Source of the DNA: Octopus vulgaris
Lineage: Eukaryota
Assembly: GCA_951406725.2 (NCBI GenBank)
Contig: OX597821.1
Span: forward strand, 63,984,001-64,048,000
Length of the DNA stretch: 64,000 bases
Direction: 5' to 3'
The notes beneath the pieces are model-generated. The model was not told the DNA's origin, made no database searches, and was given only the letters and a program-made list of their open reading frames with translations. A program made the position numbers and the translations under genes. The first letter of the stretch is position 1. Every line of letters starts with the position of its first letter. This document shows positions 53,952 through 64,000 of the stretch, piece after piece.

Positions 53952-54856
53952 GCATACATATATATATGCGTATATGTATGTGTGTACACACACATACACA
54001 CATATATGTATGTATGTATGTATGTATGTGTGTGCGCCTGTGTATGCGATTTTGTTTGATCGTTCGCTATTTGAATTGTTTGTATTAATACCAATCGCAT
54101 TACACATCAATACGGTTTCAGTATAAAAAGAAAATGTCTGCATATATGTGTCACAGTTTGAATTTTGGAAATGTGACATATATCGCTTATTTATTTCTAT
54201 TTCGTTTTGTTTTGTTTTGTTTTGTTTTTATTACTGCTAAAACCTTGCGAGACATACATACGTGTTTCTATGCACTTTGTTTCGTGAGCACAGTTATGTG
54301 CCCGCCTGCGTGTTTCAGTTTGCGTATCTACGTTTCTGCGTATAAGCATGACAGTGTATATGAATGTTTCAAAATGCTTATCTAGTTGCTGTGTGTCTTG
54401 AGTTCGTGTACATTTTCAGGCTATGAGTTATTACTATTTAATCATTTAATATGCAGCTTGTGCACTATAACACTCTCGAATCATTACTTGATACGAAAGA
54501 TGAAAGTGCTATTTGATCTACTTACTAAAGCAATTCTACGTTTAATCTCCTCATCCTTCTTCCTTTCCTGCCTAGCATTGTTATCACGGATCTGTCCGTT
54601 TCATGTATATGCATAAGTATGTAACGATACATGTATACATGTATGTATGTGTCTGTGCGCGCAAGAATGTACGATACAGTACGATATACGTATATGTGTG
54701 TGAGAGAGAGCGAGAGAGAGCGAGAGAGCGTGAAAGAGACAGTGTGTGTGTGTGTGTGTCTCTCATCATATATATATATATAGATGTATGTATGCCTAAA
54801 TATATGCGTGTGTACGTATATGTGAGTCTATATATATCTATGTGTGCGTGTGTGTT

Positions 54857-54929
<73 letters not shown>

Positions 54930-55044
54930 ATATGCTTTCGGTGCGAATGGTTTTGGTTTTTTATTACGGCGCCGTGATACATATATACACATATATATAA
55001 ACATACATATATATGTGTGTATAAGTGTGTGCGTGTGTGTGTAC

Positions 55045-55084
<40 letters not shown>

Positions 55085-55390
55085 ATGTAAATATGTATTT
55101 ATATACACACACATGCACACACAAACACACACATTTCTGAGATTTAGAGGTTAATTTTCTAAACGGAACAAAGAAGCCAGCATTTATTGCCTGTAATGCA
55201 ATAGGAGTGATTAAAAAAACACCAAAGCAATTCTGAGATTGCTTGACATGATTTGGTTTCTTATTTAACACGAACATCTAGGCCGTTGAATGAATCTTAT
55301 CGTGTCACAGATACGAAATACTAAATGTATTACCTTACATATGCATCAAACATATGTATTAGTTTAACGCTCGGGAAGTGAGAAAGTCTT

Positions 55391-55425
55391 TTTTACGTTT
55401 CGAGCCTACGCTCTTCGACAGAAAG
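55391..55425 (-). ncRNA. Minimal hammerhead-like motif (A6U), same family as 28718
   Basis: ttt-CTGTCGA-agagc(gtag)gctc-GAAA-cg-TA-aaa on minus. Confidence 0.6.
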
Positions 55426-55473
55426 GAACACAGAAATAAACAGTGAGAGAAAATTTTAAAAAGGTTTAGTGGC

Positions 55474-55525
<52 letters not shown>

Positions 55526-55559
55526 ACTTGTGTTGGACTTGTGCTCTGGAACATATCTC

Positions 55560-57030
55560 AGGCATATGGTTTGCATAATAGACATGAATATTCTAGTTTC
55601 ATGTCAATGTCTGGTGTGGAGAGACATTTCGGCCGGTCCTGTCTGAGGATCTCTTTTTGGATCGATTTCCAGTCTGCTTTGTGGAAGTTCATATTGGAGA
55701 GATTTTGGGTGCTTCTTTTAGGCTGTATGTCTCTGGCTGCTTTTGTTTCATGCATAGACAGTTTTTATTATATTGCGAACTGGCAGAAACGTAAGCACGC
55801 CGGGTGAAATGCGTAACCGTATTTCGTCTGCCGATACGTTCTGAGTTCAAATTCCGCCGAGGTCGACTTTGCCTTTCATCATTTCGGGGTCGATTAAGTA
55901 AGTACCAGTTACCCACTGGGGTCGATATAATCGACTTAATCCCTTTGTCTGTCCTTGTTTGTCCCCCCTGTGTCTAACCCCTTGTGGGTAGTAAAGAAAT
56001 ATATTATGTCTCTGATCCAAACTAATGTCGGTGTCACTTTCACATTATGAACGGTGTCCATATTGTTTGTGAAGCAGAGCTCCATTAAGTTATTCGCCCT
56101 GGTTGGTCGGAGTACAATCTGCTCCATGAATAGGGCATTGGTAAGGTTGAACAGGTACTCCACCTGTAATCTTTTGCAATGAGTCATTCCCGGGAGCATG
56201 AGGCCGTCAGGCCATTTGACACTGGGGGAATTGAAATCACCCATAAGAAATACACTCACATGATGTTCCATTTTCAGGAGGGTTTCATTTATTTTTGTGA
56301 CGCTATCTTAAAACTTACCCGCGTGGGTTGGCGCATCCAGTGGGCGATACGTATTGCATATGACTATATTGTGTTGTCTTATGTATACAATTAGTGTCAC
56401 ATACTGAATTTGAGTATGATAGTAGGACCTGGGGTGTGAGGTCCGCACGGATATATACAGCAACTCCACCATGGCTCCTTTCTCTTCTGTCTCTTCGCAG
56501 TAAGGTTTATTTTGGTACGTGTACTTCTGCATCGTCTATATCAGGCCTCAGATGAGTTTCGACGAGTGGTATGCATAGGGCTTCATTGCATGCAGCAAGG
56601 TATCTCAGGAAAAAAATTTTGCTTTTGTTGTTGTAATGCAACAGGCTTCAAATATTTACTGGAAAATATCGGCGGGATGACTGTGTTTGTGTTAGAGGAG
56701 GCCATTCCGTGTCTGTTGATTGTGATGGTCTTACGCAGTGGTGGGCAAGATTCCGTGTTTGCGCTTGTTGTATCTAGGTTAGCCACAGCACAATCATTTG
56801 CGCCATGCACAAAAAAGACCCTTGCTCAGCTGCTGCCTTGCCATCTGAAGAGCGCAGTGCATTTGGAGATGATTGGTGCCTTTGCTCTGGGAAGTATTTC
56901 TCCTTAAAGCCCCTGCAGTTTTGGTGGGAAGATTTAAGTCTATCAAGAATAACCAAATGGAAAACCTAGGAATGGTCACAAAAGTTGATCTGTGTGTTGA
57001 GGATAGCTATTCGGTTCTCACAGGTTGGAT
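55560..57030 (-). pseudogene. Decayed CR1-group LINE (APE region), interrupted by a SINE
   Basis: ETHL..DAEV, YRP, GDFNSPSVKW, EQIVLRPTRANN, NFHKADW in shifting frames; similar to ORF2 at 47261. Confidence 0.85.
55775..56000 (+). mobile_element. SINE family 2 inserted in decayed LINE
   Basis: Match to family; LINE APE frame continues on both sides. Confidence 0.88.
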
Positions 57031-57225
57031 GGTGTAAATATATATACACATACACACATGCATAAATACACAAGCACATATACATATATATGCATATATA
57101 CACACACATATATATACATACACGTACTCATAAACTTATATGTCTCTTGACATACCTTTGCATGTACAAACACATATATGCATACATACATTCACATATA
57201 CATGCACGTATACACTCACATATAC

Positions 57226-57262
<37 letters not shown>

Positions 57263-57664
57263 ATCTCACAGATACATAGCTATGTATGTATATACACATA
57301 CATACATACATATACACATATACATGATACAACTATACATACATACATACATACATCTATACATACATACATACATACATCTATACATACATACATACAT
57401 ACATACATATATCTATATACATTTACACACACATATGTATACACATACATATACGCATACACCCATAGACATATACATACACATACCACCCACGTACACA
57501 GATGTATTTATATGTACGTATTAGAAATATATATACATATACTCTTAATCAAAGAAAGTTAGGTGATATGTCTATATAAATATATAAAAATTTACATACA
57601 TAAGCATGTATATTCATGTGTGTGTGTGGGGTGTTCGCGAGCGTGTTTGTATGTGTAATATGGG

Positions 57665-57726
<62 letters not shown>

Positions 57727-58279
57727 ATATTTGCTTGGAAGAAACCCTGTTCATCTTACTGTAAAAGGATGAACAGATTAAAAGACAACTCTAAAATCGT
57801 TTCGTGAAGCAACCACAGTTTTAAAATAAGCGTTCGAAGAATATAGAAAAAAGCGTTTTGATGTAGGATATTAAATCAATTATAGATATACGTGAGCATT
57901 TTATTCATACAATCATCCGTAAAGAAATAGGAGCATAGTTATCCTTGAATTTCTGTTAAGATTGTAAGTATATTATGGATGAATAAATTTATTTTTCTCT
58001 ACCAATACTATATCTTTCTTTTAACTCTATGGTTATTAATTTTTCGATTAATATACATCATTGTTTAGTATACATTATTAATAATCTTATTAATATGTTG
58101 TGCGCAAGTGGGTTGAAAAAAGGGTGGTTATATAGGAGAGAGTAAATATTGTAAATATATGTATATAAATATATACAAACATTATATATATATATGTATT
58201 CATATTAATTTAATATGAAAATACACTCACAAACATAGAAACAACACACACACAAACATAAATGTGTGTGTGTGTGTGT

Positions 58280-58727
58280 AATTCAAATTTATCGAAAACA
58301 AAAAACGAAAACAGGTGTAGGAACAACAAGCAGGTGTATTAATTTAACGCTCGGAAAGAACGGAAAAGTCTTTTTCGTTTCGAGCCTAAAATCTTCGACG
58401 GAAGGAATCAAGAGAGAAAAAACACAGAAAGTGGGGGAAATGTGCAGGCAGAGTTCAACGGTCCAAAATGACGAGATGACCGGAAATACCTATTTATATT
58501 TATGTATGTATATATATACATTTCAAAATGTGACCTCGTGTGTAGCGTTGGCGATTATTTTCCTCTGTCTTCCCTTCTCTGGATCTTTTCTTCTATGTTT
58601 CCGATGAAGAGCTCCGCTAGAAACAAACGTTAAACCCTCCTTCTTTCCTGAGCGTCCAATAATACTATATTTGTTCCACGCCCTTGCGTTGTTGTGTTTT
58701 TTTGTGCTTTCTTGTTTGGATTAACTA
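58280..58727. mobile_element. Two short PLE-terminus-like elements back to back (- then +), each with a decayed hammerhead
   Basis: 58280-58480 matches the 28640 family on minus; 58530-58727 matches 61615-61815. Confidence 0.7.
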
Positions 58728-59123
58728 TATATATATATATATATATACATATATTTGTATGTGCGAGTGTATGCTTCTTTCAGTTTCTGTCTACAAAATT
58801 CACTACCAAACCTTTGACCAACCTGAGGCTATAGTTGAAGACACTTGAGACAGAAACCGGAACCATGTGGTTAAGAAACAAATTTCTAACTACACAGCTA
58901 CCCGTCTTTATAATTTATATATACATATATATATATACTATACGGATATTCACAGATTTCCAGACGTATATTCAGTAATGCGATCTGTTCACGCTATAGA
59001 ATCCAATCTGTTAGCTGATATTTGAAGATGATCTCTGTAAAGCAAACTGCAAACTTATACCCAAGTTGAATTTATATATACACATACATAAACTGTACGT
59101 ATATACACATACATAAACTGTAC

Positions 59124-59167
<44 letters not shown>

Positions 59168-59329
59168 CTGATTTGAGCATTAACTTGACTGACATCAATA
59201 GAAAGTATTGAATTAAAGCATACGCTCAGTACAGTTTGTATGTGTGCATGTATATATGTACGTAAATGAGTTGCGTGTGTATGTCATGTATTCAAAATAA
59301 ATGTGTTTATCATTCAAAGTATGCGTATG

Positions 59330-59375
<46 letters not shown>

Positions 59376-59669
59376 TACATACATACCTACATATATACAT
59401 GTGTATGTGCATATGTATATGTTTTTATGTATGTATATGTAAGTTGTATTACCATTCTAAAATAATATATACATGTAGTTGTGCGTGTGTATGTGTGTGT
59501 GTGTGTGTGTATGAATTTGTGTATGTATATATACCTGTATCTCTTTGTATTAATGTATTTAAGTATGCATGTATAGTATTACAATTCTAAATCATATATA
59601 TTTTTAACTGTGTTTGTATATGTATATGTGTGTGCACGTAACTATATGTGTATAGGTATATGTATAGGA

Positions 59670-59738
<69 letters not shown>

Positions 59739-61685
59739 CACACACACGTAGACATGCACACACATGTGTACGTATTATTACTGTTCCGTGGTTATCTCTG
59801 TCTATTATAGCATCGAATCATCGACTAAGTTAAAATTTCATCAGGCATTTGTAATACAACATTAAGTTAGAAAAATGATTTCCCAAGAGTATAATGGAAC
59901 GGGAAACCAAAGATTAAAACAGTGGCTTGCTTATAAAGAATGTGGATGACTATGAAAATGCATGGAAGAGAACTTTAATGCAAATGGAATAGGCACCCAA
60001 ACACGAGATGCGTTTTGGTTACGGGGAGAAATACTTCATGGCAAATACGAAATATATATGTTATATATGTGCGTGAATGTGTATGTAAATATATGTATGT
60101 GTGCGTATAAATATGAGTGTGCCTCTGTGTGTGTGTCTGTGTGTGTCTGTATTTACCTATAAATTCGTAAATGCATGCATACGTATGCATATGTGCATCT
60201 TCCTCCCTGTCTTTCTACCTCTCTCTTTCCCTCTCTATCTCTTTCTCTCCCTCTCTATTTTTCTTCTCTCTCTTTTTCTCCCTCTCTCTCTTTCTCCCTC
60301 TATCTCTCTCTCTCCCTCTCTGCCTTTCTCTGAATACTTGTACACGTACACACGCATATATATATATGTATGTATATATGCATGTAAACACTTGCGTACA
60401 TATACATATACACACATATACATACATACACATATCCATATATATATACACACACACACACACACATATCTATATATGTATATATCTGTATACATCATAT
60501 ATATATCATATATGTGTGTGTGTGTGTGTGTGTGTGTAAATGTGTGTGTATGTATGTATGTACGTACGTATATACGAATGTATTCCCAACGGGGTCTACT
60601 TAGCCTTTCATTCAACTAAGGCGCATAACATAAATGCTAATATACTAACGCCGTCGATGTAATATAATATACACCGCTCCCATGGTATACGGTCATGTAC
60701 CTATGATAAAAATCAATATATGTGTGTGTATGCGTCTTAACGTGCCTTTGTGCGTTAGTGTACGTATATATATAAGTATTCATGTGTATATGTAAATTTT
60801 TATATATTTAGATGTATATAAGTATTGTTTATGGCCGCATTAATGCAGCTCTCCTCTAAGAGACGACGATACCGCCATCTTAACACCAAGGCGATATCTC
60901 CTTCAGTGTGTTTACTCAGTGCGCTTCTCGCATTCGATAATGATTGCAAGCGGGAGATAACTCCTGCCACCGTAGCTCCGAGACCACCGGACCACGTCGT
61001 TTTAATCTGTATTGTATCTCCTCAGTGGTGAGTATTCGTTGCCTGACATGGCTGCTGTTCAAACTCGTTTGCAATATATAAAAAATCAAAAAGCAGATAG
61101 ATAGATTGATAGATAGATATATATGTTTGTGTGTATGTTTGTCACCCCACCAATGCTTGACAACCGATGCTGGTGTGTTTACGTCGTCGCAAAATTAGCG
61201 GTTCGCCAAAGAGACCGATAGAATAAGTTCTGGTGTCGATTTGTCGACTAAAGACGGTGCTCCAGCTTGGCCGCAATCCAATGACTGAAACAAATGACAG
61301 AATAAAAGTTTACTTATATACATAAATACATGTACGTGTATAAATGTATGCGTGTGTGTGCGTATATATATAATGCATATATATGTATACATACATATAT
61401 AAACATGCAAGTATTAATAATGAGATCATGATACGTAGGTAATCGTTTTATTTTGTAAATTTTCATTTGTCTTGCATATTTTTTACATTTTGGCGTTTGC
61501 TGGATTTTTATCTTGAGAACACTCTTTGTGATAAGGCGATTTGACGTCTATATCTAGCATATAGGAATCCACTTTAGTGGTCATTCCTCTTATTAATTGT
61601 TATATAAATAAAATGTGACCGCGTGTGTACCGTTGGCGATTTTTTTTCCTCCGTCTTCCTTTCTTTGGATCCTTCCTTTTCCTAT

Positions 61686-61720
61686 GTTTCTGACGAAGAG
61701 CTCCGCTCGAAACGTTAAAC
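61686..61720 (+). ncRNA. Minimal hammerhead in short element 61615-61815
   Basis: gttt-CTGACGA-agagc(tcc)gctc-GAAA-cg-TT-aaac. Confidence 0.7.
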
Positions 61721-61817
61721 CCTCCTTCTTTCCTGAGCCTCCAATAATACTATACTTGTTCCACGTTCTCGCGTTGTTGTGTTTTCTCTTTGTGTTTTCA
61801 TGTTTGGATTAACTATG

Positions 61818-61848
<31 letters not shown>

Positions 61849-62263
61849 TTATGTATGTATAAGCCTTTAAGTATGTCGTAGTTTACGTACATGTTTACGT
61901 ACATAACATTTGTAGACACCACGACTACCTCGTTCTATTACAAGCGCGCATTGTCTATTTTGCATTTTGCTTCAGAACAGAAACAAACGGCAACACAAAC
62001 ACGTGCGCGCGCATATAGACGCGCATACATACATAGACACGCAACCTCGCACGCATACTTACAGACACTCGCGCACACACACACACACACGTACAAATGC
62101 ACACGCTCACACATTCTCTCCTCCTCCTTCCTCTATACCATTGCTTCTATTTGGTGTATTTGTGTGTGTATGCCTTATATATATATATATATATATATAC
62201 ATACGTATTTATATATCTATATATATATGGGTGTGTGTGTGTGTGTATTTATGTCTATATATA

Positions 62264-62328
<65 letters not shown>

Positions 62329-62387
62329 TTATATATATATATTACATATATATATTTATATGTGTATGTCTATATATGTATGTCTTT

Positions 62388-62445
<58 letters not shown>

Positions 62446-62732
62446 AGATATAGATATATATATAGAGAGAGAGATATAGATATATATATGTACGCACACA
62501 TACACACACATAGTCATGCATGTGTTTGTCCCTGTGCATACCCTGTACATTATCCGTTACTTTCTGTGTATTAATCGTATTAACTCCTAACTTGATAATC
62601 TAACGAACAACTGGAAAATAACTTAGTAGCCGGGAGGAGGACTTGTTTGTTTGTATGTATTAGCTCAAGATTCTTCCGTTCTCGTTGCATTACTTTCATA
62701 CCCAAATATATTCCCTTGAGTAGGAGGCTTAC

Positions 62733-62893
62733 GTTCAAAACTTGTTATAAGGGAGTTTATATGGAATTCCATGTTGCATCTGGTTAGTGAAACTGAACTT
62801 AATAAAGTCCCCAAATGGAGAGCAGTATTCAGAAGCTTGCAGCAAAGCATGGTATTCGCATATTGTTCGTTTTGAAATGAGTTATCTTCTGGT
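62733..62893 (-). other. Candidate host-gene exon (161 nt)
   Basis: Acceptor ttgttcttcag|, donor |gtaagc, one open frame, unique non-repetitive sequence. Confidence 0.35.
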
Positions 62894-63820
62894 CTGAAGA
62901 ACAATTACGGACATAAAACTCGAAATAATGAAATGTCACAATACAAATATATATGTATGTACGTTTGCATGTACGTATGTATGTTGGCCGGCCGGTAGGT
63001 AGGTAGGTACGTAGGGAGGGAGGGAGGAGTAACTATGTGTATGTAAGGCGTGGAACAGCTGAAAGTTTAAAATAGTATAGCTATCTATCTATCTATCTTT
63101 CTAACTATACGTATGAAAAAGTGTGTATGTGTGTGATAGCAAGAGGCTTTTCGTGTGTACGTATGTAGGAAATTATAGCAATCCTGGTGATATTTTGTTG
63201 ATAAGTGATGATAGGTTGAGCATGTTCACGCCCATTATCCATCGGTTTGTTTTTCTTTTTTTCCATATAGGATTTTATCGTCTCCTGTGCCACATTATAC
63301 ATATATAAATGTATGTATACATATTTATGTACGTTTGCATGCTTGTATGTATATATTTACGACATGTGTATGTATACGTATGGTAAATGTGTTTCAAAGT
63401 TGTGGTTTCTTTAATATGTTTGTTCTCAAACAATACTTATTTTAGTGCTGTTGACACCGACGGATTGAATGGTACTGCTCAGGTGTTGAAACCATAATGA
63501 TATCTGCGAGGCAGCTGATGAAGGAGGTATGTTGGATTATTGGTATGGCTGTCTATGTATATGTAGAATAATATTATAACACATCCATATATATATATAT
63601 ATAAATATATTGGGGGTGTTTGTCTCCCCTTCGTAAATGTATATAAGGATACAGGAAAAATGTGTCGAAGCCATCAGGAAGCGTCGATGCTTCGTAGGGC
63701 TAAACAGCTGTGGTGTAATCCCCTACTATCACGTTCACGCTAGATTGACAGTATACAACAATTCTATCGCCCCACCACCGTACATATCTCTATGAGAGAT
63801 TTAGAACTTTAATATTTCTG

Positions 63821-63867
<47 letters not shown>

Positions 63868-63957
63868 AAGTTAATCCAAACATCAAAACACAACAACGCG
63901 AGGTCGTGAAACAAATATAGTATTATTGGACGCTCATGAAGGAAGGGAAGAAGGAGG

Positions 63958-63992
63958 GTTTTACGTTTCGAGCGGAGCTCTTCGTCAGAAAC
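63958..63992 (-). ncRNA. Minimal hammerhead in short element 63864-64000
   Basis: gttt-CTGACGA-agagc(tcc)gctc-GAAA-cg-TA-aaac on minus. Confidence 0.7.
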
Positions 63993-64000
63993 ATAGGAAA

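Noticed and set aside
56605-56620. T7 run in the decayed LINE as a second slippery site
   Set aside because: It lies inside the APE frame (NNKSKIFFLRYL..ETHL), and the -1 frame stops immediately

Overview
AT-rich, microsatellite-saturated eukaryotic DNA. The SINE families and (TA)n/(CA)n/(TAGA)n density suggest a coleoid cephalopod, probably Octopus; this is inferred, not database-confirmed. Nearly all short ORFs in the track are microsatellite artefacts. Real coding content is transposon-derived: two Penelope-like elements (PLE; RT + GIY-YIG, one near-intact at 36.7-40.8 kb), a CR1-group LINE with a CCCH-zinc-finger ORF1, a decayed relative of it, an RTE fragment, and mariner/Tc1/Tigger remnants and MITEs. 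There are also dozens of tRNA-derived SINEs and one or two candidate host exons near 61-63 kb. The main non-coding signal is about 18 type I hammerhead-ribozyme-like motifs (CUGANGA...GAAA...UH, usually with a palindromic stem III, some with the compensatory U3-A8 core). They occur in the PLE termini and in several unrelated small non-coding elements, which mostly sit in (TA)n tracts as asymmetric fold-backs or tandem monomers. This looks like a PLE-driven, retrozyme-like family of mini-elements. The LINE also has a well-placed U_UUU_UUA -1 frameshift candidate. All coordinates and folds were read by eye.
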